From the NCBI GenBank assembly GCA_041736175.1, contig JBGSUI010000215.1, positions 1 through 52,791 of the forward strand: a stretch of 52,791 nt of DNA. Direction: 5' to 3'. The notes beneath the pieces are model-generated. The model ran no database searches. It saw only the letters and a list, made by a program, of their open reading frames with translations, and was not told the origin of the DNA. The translations under genes were made by a program, and so were the position numbers. Position 1 is the stretch's first letter. Each line of letters opens with the position of its first letter. The stretch is from Oligoflexales bacterium. Lineage in GTDB: Bacteria > Bdellovibrionota_B > Oligoflexia > Oligoflexales > CAIYRB01. Shown here piece after piece: positions 1 through 9,548 of this stretch.

Positions 1-1
1 G

Positions 2-127
2 AAAATGCTTCGATCCGCTATCGCGAAAATCAATGAGATGAAAATCATAGGAGATCAAGAACGAGTTTATAAATTTGAAATAGATGATAAAAAAGTCTCA
101 GAAAAAGAGAAAATTTATTCCAATTAG
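2..127 (+). CDS. 3' end of a gene truncated by the window edge (unknown product)
   Basis: Open frame from base 2 (KMLRSAIAKINEMKIIGDQERVYKFEIDDKKVSEKEKIYSN) to TAG at 125-127; convergent with the next gene. Confidence 0.4.
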   Translation, partial: KMLRSAIAKINEMKIIGDQERVYKFEIDDKKVSEKEKIYSN

Positions 128-249
128 ACGAAAGTCATGTATTCACAGAAAAATCCGGCTTTATAAATCCCCATTATGCTGTGTTTTTTGCGCTGTTTGC
201 TTGATTCCCTCGGAGGAAAGATACGCCTCGATTTTTTTCTCCATAGTAC

Positions 250-2025
250 TTAATGTTTGGTCGGCTTCGGTTCCCCAAAAGGATACTCCCTAAGGTAGGA
301 ACCGATGGCGGCTAAAAGAATCGCCCTAGGAAAGGGATTTGGAGTTCGATTTTTGTCAGCTACAGCATAGGGAAATGCCATCCCATAATGATGAGCACCG
401 ATAATCCCAAGATAATCATGACGACGACCGCTGACAGAATCTAACTGGGGCCAGTAGCGCCCTCTGGCCACACTGACCGAACTATCGTTGAGAGCACCAG
501 CGCCAGCCTCAAGAGAACTATAGTAACCTGGACGCAGCCTAGAGATAAAATCGGGGCTACGGTAACCAATATAGGGAGAAAGTAATAGGGGGGATAAGGT
601 ACCGTTCACAGGAGGACCAGGCATCGTCGCTGTGAGGCTTAAGAGGCGAAAGTGACGGGGTAGATTAGCTTCGTTCCACCATCGTAGTCGATTTTCTGTC
701 GTAAGTTCGCCCAATCCGTCGAGAAATTCTGTCAATATTTGTTTAAATGCTTTTATGTTTTTAAAATAATTCTGAATGGGACACTGCAGAGCCAACAGGT
801 CAAAAAGGATAGCCTTAAAAGTATCAAAATTAGCTATAATACCAGCTTTCTCTGGAGCATGGTCAATATGCCTCAAGGCCTCTTCCTGGGCCATGAGGAT
901 TTGCGCCGATGATTTTGATTTGGAATTTTTGCCAATCCCGTTGATCTCTTGAATCAAACGAGTCCAAGTGGCCATATTTTTCGATACCCTACGAGCAGCC
1001 TCTTGAGCATAAGCTTGGCCTTTAAGGTCTGAAGGCGGCTCTGCGACTATATCGCTAATAAATCGCCGCAAAATTTGGACAGTTTGCGCATCTTCAGAGT
1101 GGTCCCCCGATAGGGCTCGGTCAGGTATATGGGAGCCATAGATTGGGCCCCCCAAGCTTACCATTCCTCGAACCCGCTGAAACCATGGGTAATTATTAGT
1201 AGGCTGGAGACTCATATGTTTTAAAAAATCAAGAGCTACCACCACACCTCGGGAAAACCCAAGCAAATAAATCTCTCCTAGAGAATTCACCCCACGGGTT
1301 TGATGTAAGATCTTATGGAGACGGCGTTTATAGATCTCCGTTCCTGCCCGAACCGTTCCGATGCTTTCAAGGGAACCAAGTTTAGGCGTTAGAACCATGA
1401 TATTGACCCAAGGAAGTCCCTTTCGGTCAAAACTTGCTACGCGAACCAATTCAGACATCTTTGCAGAAACTTGCTTTTGTTCTTTCACCTGATAAACATC
1501 GTCAGTTATCGTGGCAAGAATCGGTACCATTTTTTTGGCAAATAGGCTCTCTTGGTTGGCAAGCACTTCTTCAAAGGGATCAAAGGCGATAAACTCGCTG
1601 GTAAATCCAGGAAACACAATCAAAGTCACAGGACCCTTGCCTGGTTTCAAGCTGCGCTGCTGGGGCGGATTGCTGAGGCCTTGCTCATAGGCTTCTTCGG
1701 GAGTATGGGGGAGATAAAATTCATCGATGGAATTTAGGTTAGCCGCTTTGCCTACACCCGTTTGGGTCGGGGGGAGCAGTAAGGCTTGGGGGGTATCAAA
1801 GATCGCCTGACTGATGTCTTTGGACGAAGCGCCGGATTCCGCTAGGAGTGCAGCAAAAATCTCCCTAAAGTTGGTTTCGGAAACCTTATCTTGCGCTGCA
1901 CGGTTCCAAGCTTGTGAGCCATGATCTTGGAGTAGGGACTGGGGTGGTTGATCGCTCGATGATTTAAAACAAGATGGTAACGTTCCAAACAAAATTATTA
2001 AAATAAAACCCTTCACACTCAACAT
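250..2025 (-). CDS. Putative lipoprotein, alpha/beta-hydrolase (lipase/esterase-like)
   Basis: Signal peptide ending LPSC; nucleophile elbow LLGFSRG (GxSxG); downstream NDSSV and HHYG as candidate Asp/His of the triad. Confidence 0.65.
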   Translation of the reverse strand: MLSVKGFILIILFGTLPSCFKSSSDQPPQSLLQDHGSQAWNRAAQDKVSETNFREIFAALLAESGASSKDISQAIFDTPQALLLPPTQTGVGKAANLNSIDEFYLPHTPEEAYEQGLSNPPQQRSLKPGKGPVTLIVFPGFTSEFIAFDPFEEVLANQESLFAKKMVPILATITDDVYQVKEQKQVSAKMSELVRVASFDRKGLPWVNIMVLTPKLGSLESIGTVRAGTEIYKRRLHKILHQTRGVNSLGEIYLLGFSRGVVVALDFLKHMSLQPTNNYPWFQRVRGMVSLGGPIYGSHIPDRALSGDHSEDAQTVQILRRFISDIVAEPPSDLKGQAYAQEAARRVSKNMATWTRLIQEINGIGKNSKSKSSAQILMAQEEALRHIDHAPEKAGIIANFDTFKAILFDLLALQCPIQNYFKNIKAFKQILTEFLDGLGELTTENRLRWWNEANLPRHFRLLSLTATMPGPPVNGTLSPLLLSPYIGYRSPDFISRLRPGYYSSLEAGAGALNDSSVSVARGRYWPQLDSVSGRRHDYLGIIGAHHYGMAFPYAVADKNRTPNPFPRAILLAAIGSYLREYPFGEPKPTKH

Positions 2026-2073
2026 CTTTCTTTTCCCTCATCTTAAACGTCGTCAATGACCAAAATTCCAAAC

Positions 2074-2089
2074 AGCAATAAAGATGCCA
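2074..2089 (-). promoter_or_regulatory. sigma54 (-24/-12) promoter
   Basis: Minus strand TGGCATCTTTATTGCT = GG-N10-GC, near consensus TGGCAC-N5-TTGCW, about 50 bp upstream of the hydrolase start. Confidence 0.75.
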
Positions 2090-2305
2090 GTCCCTAACCA
2101 ACTCTGGAATGGCCAGGTCAAGATCCTATGATATTTACAATTTTTGCAGTGTTTCTGTGCTCTATTCGAACCTCCTCAGCGAATAAAAAATTTACAGCGG
2201 TGATCCGGAGCGCCCTTTGTTACCACCTAGGTCCGGTCACCACTGTCAATTTTATAAACAACTCTATTTGGCCCGCCTATGGGGTCAAAGCCAAATTTGG
2301 GGAGA

Positions 2306-4465
2306 CTAGCGATTAAGCATCAGGATAAACGACCACTCCTCGGCTGTTTCCCGCATACCTTCCAAGTTTCCCGATGCTCCTCCGTGACCAGCGGCCATAT
2401 TGGTTTTTAAAAGAATCAGGGACTCTGATTGGTTAAAGTCTCGAAGCTTTGCCACCCATTTAGCGGGCTCCCAATACTGCACCTGGGAATCATAGAGTCC
2501 CGTGGTCACCAAAATATTGGGATAGGACACCCCTTTGACATTGTCATAGGGAGAGTAGCCCATCATATAGTCATAGTAGACTTTTTGGCGTGGGTCCCCC
2601 CACTCGTCATACTCGCCTGTTGTCAGGGGAATCGATTCGTCAAGCATCGTTGTGACCACATCCACAAAGGGCACTTGTGCCACCACACCCCGGTAAAGCT
2701 CAGGAGCCTGGTTGATCACCGCACCCATCAGCAGACCGCCGGCACTCCCCCCCATAGCGTAGAGTCGAGCGGGATCGGCCCATTTTTGGTCGATAAGATA
2801 GCGACTCGCATCCACAAAATCGTTAAAAGTATTTTGTTTTGTAAGGAGTTTTCCTCCCTCATACCAAGGACGCCCTAACATCCCACCACCTCTCACATGG
2901 GCGATAGCATAGACAAACCCACGGTCCAAAAGGCTGATCCGATTTGCGTTAAACGTAGGGTCAATGGTGACCCCATAGGAACCGTAGCCATAGATTAAAG
3001 TGGGGTTTTGGCCGTTTCTTTGGAGTCCTTTACGGTAAACCAGCGAGACAGGAACCTTGGCTCCGTCACGGGCATCAACCCACACCCGTTCCGTTTGGTA
3101 TTGTTCTGGGCGGTAACCGACCACTTCGTCCTGTTTGATGAGTTGGCTAGATCCTTTTGTGAGCTGGTAGCTATAGACCGAAGGGGGAGTCGCCATAGAC
3201 TCGTAAGTATAGTTGACCGTTGTGGCGGTGTATTCCCAGTTAGAATAAAGATCGGCCACATACACTGGCTCGTTAAAGGGAATGGTGTGCTCCCCTCCTA
3301 CGCTGTCCCTGCGACTTATAACCCGCAAAATATCCTGGCCCCCAGCTTTTTCCTTGACCACCATTGCGTCTTTTAGGACCAGAAGCTCCGACCTAAAGAC
3401 ACCCTCACGGGATTCTAATACCGTCTTCCAAACCGCGACGCCTGCAGACCCATTCTCTAGATCTCTTTTGAGGACTTCCATGACCTGAAAGTTTTTTGCG
3501 CGCAGATTGGTCAGCACATAAAACCGGTCCTCCCCATCTGCGATGCGGTATTCGAGACCACGCTCCCTCGGTTTAAAGATCTTAAATTCCCTCTTTTGAT
3601 CGCCGATTTCTAGGTAGCGCCATTCATCGGCTAAGGTGCTTGCTGAGTGAATAAAAATATAATTCTCAGTGAGTGACTTGGAGAGACTTAGGTTAAAAGT
3701 CGTATCGGCTTCTTCGTAGACAAGACTAGCTCGGGTATCTTGGAGAGACTGGTAGTAGACTTGGTACTCCCTTAGAGTCTCTTCGTCTTGTTTGGTAAAA
3801 TAGAGCCCGTTGCCAGCCCATTCAAAGGATCCTGCGGTCTTTTCGAGGGTCAAGATGGTCTGACGGGACAAGCGATCAATGACCTTTAAGACGTAGTTTC
3901 TACGACCGACTGGGTCGTAGGTGTAGGCTATAAACCGATCATCGTTGCTAACCTTAATAGACCCAAGGTCAAAATAAGCATACCCCTTAGCGAGTTCATT
4001 GACGTCCAATAGGACTTCTTCGGGAGATTCCACTTGGGAGACGGGGGTCTTGGGCTCGGTCCCGCTGATTTTTCGCCGCAGGTAGACGGAATAGTCAAGA
4101 TCAGCAAAGGTTCGGGTGTAATAGTCATAGCCTTTATAGCGGTGGGGCGCCGAATCCGCGACATTGGGCAGACGGCCTTTAAACTCTTTAAATAAGGTAT
4201 CCGACATAGGTTTGGCCGGCGCTAGATTCTCCTCCGCAAACCGATTCTCAGACGTTAAATAGTCGATCACTTTTGGATTTTCCCGTTCCCTTAGCCAGTA
4301 GTAGGGATCGATCCGTACTTGTCCATGGGCAACGAGTTCGCAGGGTTTTTGCTCCGGCTTTGGTGCCAAGCTGCGACCAAAGAGGCTGTGGGGGCCGATC
4401 AACCCGACCATGAAAAACAGCGCTATAGCTGTTCGACGATGTAAGTTAAGCAAAGATAACCTCAT
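2306..4465 (-). CDS. ptrB: Oligopeptidase B (peptidase S9A), with signal peptide
   Basis: DPYYWLR N-terminal motif, YGYGSYG, HVRGGG, GGSAGG catalytic Ser, DSQVQYWEPAKWVAKLR, AGHGG. Confidence 0.95.
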   Translation of the reverse strand: MRLSLLNLHRRTAIALFFMVGLIGPHSLFGRSLAPKPEQKPCELVAHGQVRIDPYYWLRERENPKVIDYLTSENRFAEENLAPAKPMSDTLFKEFKGRLPNVADSAPHRYKGYDYYTRTFADLDYSVYLRRKISGTEPKTPVSQVESPEEVLLDVNELAKGYAYFDLGSIKVSNDDRFIAYTYDPVGRRNYVLKVIDRLSRQTILTLEKTAGSFEWAGNGLYFTKQDEETLREYQVYYQSLQDTRASLVYEEADTTFNLSLSKSLTENYIFIHSASTLADEWRYLEIGDQKREFKIFKPRERGLEYRIADGEDRFYVLTNLRAKNFQVMEVLKRDLENGSAGVAVWKTVLESREGVFRSELLVLKDAMVVKEKAGGQDILRVISRRDSVGGEHTIPFNEPVYVADLYSNWEYTATTVNYTYESMATPPSVYSYQLTKGSSQLIKQDEVVGYRPEQYQTERVWVDARDGAKVPVSLVYRKGLQRNGQNPTLIYGYGSYGVTIDPTFNANRISLLDRGFVYAIAHVRGGGMLGRPWYEGGKLLTKQNTFNDFVDASRYLIDQKWADPARLYAMGGSAGGLLMGAVINQAPELYRGVVAQVPFVDVVTTMLDESIPLTTGEYDEWGDPRQKVYYDYMMGYSPYDNVKGVSYPNILVTTGLYDSQVQYWEPAKWVAKLRDFNQSESLILLKTNMAAGHGGASGNLEGMRETAEEWSFILMLNR

Positions 4466-4524
4466 TTTTATAATTTAAATAAAGAATCCAGCTCCATTGT
4501 TACAGGGAACTTAAGGGGAGTTCA

Positions 4525-4557
4525 ATTTAAAATTCTGCTGAAAGCAGGATTTTAAAT
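4525..4557. terminator. Hairpin, probable intrinsic terminator downstream of the MCP gene
   Basis: ATTTAAAATTCTGCT-GAA-AGCAGGATTTTAAAT, 15-bp stem with one G-T pair and A/T-rich outer arms. Confidence 0.55.
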
Positions 4558-4628
4558 AGCCCTAGATTCTAGGTTGCGTCAGGATTCTACTCATGACCAA
4601 CTTTGACTCCAAATCCCTCTATCCCCGC

Positions 4629-6503
4629 CTATGAGGCTACATTGCCGTCTAAAATAAGCTCTACCTTTGAGCGATTTTTTCTAGTTGCTTCAGATTTATC
4701 TCGCTTTCCCTCGTTTCCTAGATAGATTAGGGTGACCGAGCGGCCTACTTTTGCTAAATCCTCAGAGTGTGTATTGATAAGTTCACTAAGACCTGCGTTT
4801 TTAGTCGCAATTTTTTGATTGATTTCGATTTGACTTTCAAGGTCCTCGGTCGCTTTTGTGGTCGCTTTAAGACCTAGAGTCTGGACGGAGAGATCTTCGA
4901 GCACTTTTAGAGAGGCTTGTTCTAGCTTTGCCACAAACTGTGCGATCTCAGCAAAGGATTCGACGGCCTCTTTATTGATGTCGAGAGTGCTTTGTGTCGC
5001 CTGTTCATTTTTTTGGATAATCGACACGACTTGCCCCTCTGAATTCTTTAAAAGATCATGGATTTCCAATGCAGCCTGACCAGCAGTGGTCGCTAAATGA
5101 TTCATTTCTTGCGCGACGACAGCAAAACCTTTTCCATGATTGCCCGCTGTAGCCGCTTCTATGGACGCATTCACAGCTAGCAGTTGGGTTTTTGATACAA
5201 TTTTGTTAATCACTTCCAACTTTTGCTCGATACCATTAATGATCTTTACAATTTCCTTTAGACCATTCGTTGCATCAGAAACAACGACCATCGACTCCGT
5301 CATCTGATCCATTACCATTGACCCGCTTTTTGTCCGTTGTCCGATCGCTTGTAAGATCGTCTGGGCCTGTTTCGATCCAATGACCGTCTGGTTTGTTGCT
5401 TTTTCCATATCCCTGATATTGGCTTGAAGCTTGCGACTCGACTCCGACTGCTCTTTTGCAGAATGATTAGCCTGATTGGAAGACTCACGAATCTCAGAAG
5501 CTTGTTTGACCAGTCCGATAGAGATATCCTTGAGAGATGTCAAACTTTTACGAATCCTAACGCCAATTTTCCTGTAAGCCACTAACAGTGAGACGAAGCC
5601 AAACAAAGTAGACGCCACAAGTACGATACCTAATCTCCAGATTTCATAGCTGATATCTTTCTGGGATTTATTCAAGGCACTATCCGCTATAATACTGACA
5701 TTTTTGATCGCACGGGTGATCAAAAAAAGCTCATTTTTAAAAGTATTAAAGTCTTCGTTTCCTGAATAATAGGTCACTGCCTCTGACCATGTTTTTTTGT
5801 AGATTTCTTTGAAACTCTTAAACTCAACGAGTGCGTCTCCCTGCAGTTCCTTTTCCGCCTTAGATTCCACATCACCCCAGACACTTCTCCCAATAAAAGC
5901 CAAGTCTTTTGCCGTATCATTGCTTAATATCGTAATGACAGATCGACTGAATTCCTTATAAACCTCTTCATTAAGAGCTTTTGGGACAAAGTTTAACTGC
6001 CTATAGGCTTTCGACAGAGCCTTTCTAGACTCCCTTACTTGCTCCCCTAGGACCAGCTGATCCAACCGAATTTTGATAATGTTGACCGACGATTCGACAA
6101 ATTTAGGCAGCCGTTCTGTAAATTCCCTATACTCACCTATAATTTTTTGCGATTGATCATCCGGGATATTCTGAAATTTCAGAATATCCAATAAGTGCTC
6201 TTCTTTAACAGTCGCACTGATTTTAGAAATATTTTCTCCAATCAGCTTTTGTTTGCTCCCTATCTCCTCAACGTCTGCGACCAGGTTGGACGCAAAAGCG
6301 GTCCCGGCGGCAAGACCAGCTTCATCAATCTCCGCTGTTAAGTTTCCTAAACTTTGATAGAAAAAGAAAGATTTTTTTGAAGTTACTTCGACGGCTTCGC
6401 GCACCTTATTGATCTGGAATACACTTATAAATGTAATCAAGGCAAATAGGACCAAAACCATCGTAAAAACATTTCGAACATTTAAATAAATCTTAATCTT
6501 CAT
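4629..6503 (-). CDS. Methyl-accepting chemotaxis protein
   Basis: Two TM segments around a periplasmic domain; signalling hairpin KTQLLAVNASIEAATAGNHGKGFAVVAQEM. Confidence 0.92.
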   Translation of the reverse strand: MKIKIYLNVRNVFTMVLVLFALITFISVFQINKVREAVEVTSKKSFFFYQSLGNLTAEIDEAGLAAGTAFASNLVADVEEIGSKQKLIGENISKISATVKEEHLLDILKFQNIPDDQSQKIIGEYREFTERLPKFVESSVNIIKIRLDQLVLGEQVRESRKALSKAYRQLNFVPKALNEEVYKEFSRSVITILSNDTAKDLAFIGRSVWGDVESKAEKELQGDALVEFKSFKEIYKKTWSEAVTYYSGNEDFNTFKNELFLITRAIKNVSIIADSALNKSQKDISYEIWRLGIVLVASTLFGFVSLLVAYRKIGVRIRKSLTSLKDISIGLVKQASEIRESSNQANHSAKEQSESSRKLQANIRDMEKATNQTVIGSKQAQTILQAIGQRTKSGSMVMDQMTESMVVVSDATNGLKEIVKIINGIEQKLEVINKIVSKTQLLAVNASIEAATAGNHGKGFAVVAQEMNHLATTAGQAALEIHDLLKNSEGQVVSIIQKNEQATQSTLDINKEAVESFAEIAQFVAKLEQASLKVLEDLSVQTLGLKATTKATEDLESQIEINQKIATKNAGLSELINTHSEDLAKVGRSVTLIYLGNEGKRDKSEATRKNRSKVELILDGNVAS

Positions 6504-6535
6504 TTTTCCATCCCTAAGATTCTGTGTTTAAATGT

Positions 6536-7045
6536 CTATTTAAGATGCTTTGCCATATTTTTAGCTTGCTCTAAGCCTTCGTTAAGTTCTTCTTTGGCCG
6601 CTTTGAGGTCCTTTTTTTCGAGAGCTTTTAAGGTCATCAGCGGATGAACCAAGGTATGGAGGGGATCCGTATATTTCTCCCCAGCTTCGCTCTTGAGATC
6701 GACTCCTATGAGGTCTTTACCGAGCTTTCCACCGTCATGAATATCCTTTTCAAGGACCTCAAAACTTGCGGTTTTTAACGCACTCAATTGGCTTTTGATA
6801 TGATCTAAGAGCTTTTGAGATTCAGGAAATTTTTTTGCAAAACCTTCAAAAAGAACCATGGATGCTTCGACCATCTGTGCCACTTTTTTCTCAGTCTCGT
6901 CGACCTTGACTTTATTTGCATTGATATCGCTTAAGATAGCCTTTCCCAAACTCTCATAGGTTTCGAGTGCTTTCTTCTCCTCAGCACTGACTCCAAAAGC
7001 AAAAGAAGAAAATAATAAATTAATTGTTAACAGAAAAGTTTTCAT
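6536..7045 (-). CDS. Exported all-helical hypothetical protein with His motifs
   Basis: AAGGAG RBS (7053-7058) before ATG 7045 (MKTFLL...AFG signal peptide); IHDGG and LHTLVHP motifs; 32 bp upstream of the MCP. Confidence 0.7.
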   Translation of the reverse strand: MKTFLLTINLLFSSFAFGVSAEEKKALETYESLGKAILSDINANKVKVDETEKKVAQMVEASMVLFEGFAKKFPESQKLLDHIKSQLSALKTASFEVLEKDIHDGGKLGKDLIGVDLKSEAGEKYTDPLHTLVHPLMTLKALEKKDLKAAKEELNEGLEQAKNMAKHLK

Positions 7046-7219
7046 AGTAATACTCCTTGGTTTTAAAAAACTAAGTGACAATAAACTATCGTAACAATTT
7101 CAAGAAATCATTAATTTATGAGGTCCAGAAGATCCATAAAGATTCTTAAAATTAACTATCAATTCTTCTACATACCGGATCTTTTAATTTCAATCAATGA
7201 GACACGATCATCTTCACCC

Positions 7220-7246
7220 TAAATTTTTCAGCACTTCTTCCGATGG
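7220..7246 (+). promoter_or_regulatory. sigma28 (FliA)-like promoter of the che operon
   Basis: TAAA-N15-TCCGATGG, matching TAAA-N15-GCCGATAA spacing, upstream of ATG 7293. Confidence 0.6.
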
Positions 7247-7292
7247 CTACACCATCTTCTCGTTAACGGTAGCTAGGGGATCGCTTAAATTT

Positions 7293-9002
7293 ATGACGAT
7301 AGACAAAGAATTTTTAAGTATTTTTTTAGATGAAGCCGAAGAAATGCTAGGAGTTTGGGAGCAATGTTGTCTCAAAATTGAGCGTTCTCCGTCAATCAAC
7401 GATCTCAATGCATTGTTTAGGTCTGCTCACAACCTAAAAGGTTCATCGCGAAGTGTTGGACTTGAACAAGTCGGCGGGTTTATCCATACGGCAGAGGATC
7501 TTATCACCCGCCTTCAAAAACAAGAAATCAAGGTGACTCCAGAGCATATCGCTGCACTACTCGAAGCCCAAAAGTGTCTTTCGGAATGGATTACAGAACT
7601 TCGCACTAACTCCTCATACATCCATGAATATCAAAAGATAGGTGCAAAGATTCAGGCGCTGACCACCCTAGGAAAAGAGGCCATCCCCCAAGGCGGCGGA
7701 TCTGCCTTTGGATTATTTGATGAAGAACCCCAGGTCACCCAAGGCACATTACAAAAAAAGGATGCGCCTTCTCCAGGAAGCGAAGGTGCCGAGGGCGCGA
7801 CATCCCCTTCCTCTTTAAGCAAAGTAGACAGTTCGATCCGCGTTGCCCTTGATAAGATCGACCAATTGATACGTATTTCTGGCGAACTGGTCATCCAACA
7901 AGCAGCTCTCAAACGAAAGATCTCCCGTGTAAATGTTGATACTGAGATCCAAAATGCCCTGGGAGTCACAGAAAAAATTGTGCATGATCTCCAGTCGGAG
8001 TCCTTATCCTTAAGAATGTTGCCTGTGGGAAACCTATTCCAACGTATGGAGAGAGTCTGCCGCGATGTGGCAAGGCTCCAGGGAAAAACCATTCATGTTG
8101 TGATTAAGGGCGAAGATGTGGAGCTTGACAAGCTTGTCATCGAAAGAATGAAAGACCCCTTAGTTCATATTCTCCGCAATGCTGTGGATCATGGGCTAGA
8201 AACTTCTGATGTTCGCCAGTCAAGTCAAAAACCCCTTTCTGGAACCGTGACGATCAGCGCTCGAAAAACCCCATCTTTTGTTACGATTACTGTTTCTGAC
8301 GATGGTAGGGGACTCGGTAAGGAGCGCATTTTAAAAAAGGCCCGTGAAAAAAACCTTATCAGTCACGATGCCCGGCTTAGCGATGCTGAGATTTTTCAGC
8401 TGATTTTCCTTCCGAGCTTTTCAACCGCCGAAAAAGTCACCGATGTCTCGGGCCGCGGGGTTGGTATGGACGTCGTTAAAAGGGCGGTTGAGGAACTCTC
8501 TGGAACCATTGAAATCGAAAGTCGCGACGGGCAGGGTTCAACCTTTACCATCAATCTTCCAAGTACTCTTAGTATTTTTGATGCCGTCATCATTGGGGTC
8601 CAAGACAACCTTTATGCTATTCCGATTCAAGATATTAGCCAGTTCTTTAATATCGAGCCTGATATGATTCAATCTCTGGAAAACCAACGTGAATTGGTCA
8701 ATGTTCGGGGCGACTCAATCCCTTTAGAACAACTTGGAGATTACCTCCCTTCATCCCAATCCCCAGGCTACTCCCGTGGCACCATCGGCATTATTCCCAA
8801 GGGCAATCACAAAAAGTTAGCCCTTAGAATCGACCGACTCCTTGAAACCCAGTCCGTTGTCGTAGGGGACTTGGCCCAAAATATCAAAAAAGTCCCTGGA
8901 TTTGTCGGAGGCACGATCCTCGCAAACGGTGATCCAGCAATGATTATAGACCTAAAGCATGTTATTGATTCTCATTTTACAAAAATCATGTCAACTTGTT
9001 GA
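7293..9002 (+). CDS. cheA: Chemotaxis histidine kinase CheA
   Basis: HPt RSAHNLKG; dimerisation SIRVALDKIDQL; HATPase HILRNAVDHG, DDGRG, SGRGVGMDVV; C-terminal CheW-like domain. Start moved from 7197 to MTIDKEF. Confidence 0.95.
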   Translation: MTIDKEFLSIFLDEAEEMLGVWEQCCLKIERSPSINDLNALFRSAHNLKGSSRSVGLEQVGGFIHTAEDLITRLQKQEIKVTPEHIAALLEAQKCLSEWITELRTNSSYIHEYQKIGAKIQALTTLGKEAIPQGGGSAFGLFDEEPQVTQGTLQKKDAPSPGSEGAEGATSPSSLSKVDSSIRVALDKIDQLIRISGELVIQQAALKRKISRVNVDTEIQNALGVTEKIVHDLQSESLSLRMLPVGNLFQRMERVCRDVARLQGKTIHVVIKGEDVELDKLVIERMKDPLVHILRNAVDHGLETSDVRQSSQKPLSGTVTISARKTPSFVTITVSDDGRGLGKERILKKAREKNLISHDARLSDAEIFQLIFLPSFSTAEKVTDVSGRGVGMDVVKRAVEELSGTIEIESRDGQGSTFTINLPSTLSIFDAVIIGVQDNLYAIPIQDISQFFNIEPDMIQSLENQRELVNVRGDSIPLEQLGDYLPSSQSPGYSRGTIGIIPKGNHKKLALRIDRLLETQSVVVGDLAQNIKKVPGFVGGTILANGDPAMIIDLKHVIDSHFTKIMSTC

Positions 9003-9017
9003 TAAAGGGTCGATCAA

Positions 9018-9539
9018 ATGTCTACTGAAATTCACGACGAAAAATCTAATTCTTCCACTGGCGCAATGTTGGAGACCACTGACCCCTATTTATTTTTCAA
9101 CCTTGGACTCGAGATTTTTGGTGTCAAATTAGCTGCAATTCGCGAGGTCGTCGAGCCCCAACCATTCAAGACCGTCCCTAACACCATCCCTAGTTTTGTC
9201 GGAATCTGTAATTTAAGGGGTCAAATCATTGGCCTGCTTGACTTTAGAATTCATTTTGGAATCAAGAATCCGAACCATCTTGGCATTTATATGATTTTTG
9301 AAAACGAACATGGTGCCTTTGGTGCCATTATAGATCAAATCGTTTGTGTCGATTCCTTAAAGGAAACCGAAATCGATAGAAAAAATGCAGCACCCCAAGC
9401 AGTTATTCCACCGCAGTATATCGATGGAGTCGTACAATACAAAGAGCAGCTCGTTATTCTTATAGACATAAAGGCGATCTTCTCTAAAGAAGAACTCACA
9501 TCAATTGCTCATTCCAAGATGATGGCAAGAGCCGTTTAG
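9018..9539 (+). CDS. cheW: Chemotaxis coupling protein CheW
   Basis: IREVV...VPNT...GICNLRGQII motif; follows cheA. Confidence 0.93.
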   Translation: MSTEIHDEKSNSSTGAMLETTDPYLFFNLGLEIFGVKLAAIREVVEPQPFKTVPNTIPSFVGICNLRGQIIGLLDFRIHFGIKNPNHLGIYMIFENEHGAFGAIIDQIVCVDSLKETEIDRKNAAPQAVIPPQYIDGVVQYKEQLVILIDIKAIFSKEELTSIAHSKMMARAV

Positions 9540-9548
9540 GAGACATTT

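Noticed and set aside
4560..4620. c-di-GMP-I riboswitch (GACGCAA on the minus strand)
   Set aside because: The upstream GGCAAA/GAAA P2 elements are missing
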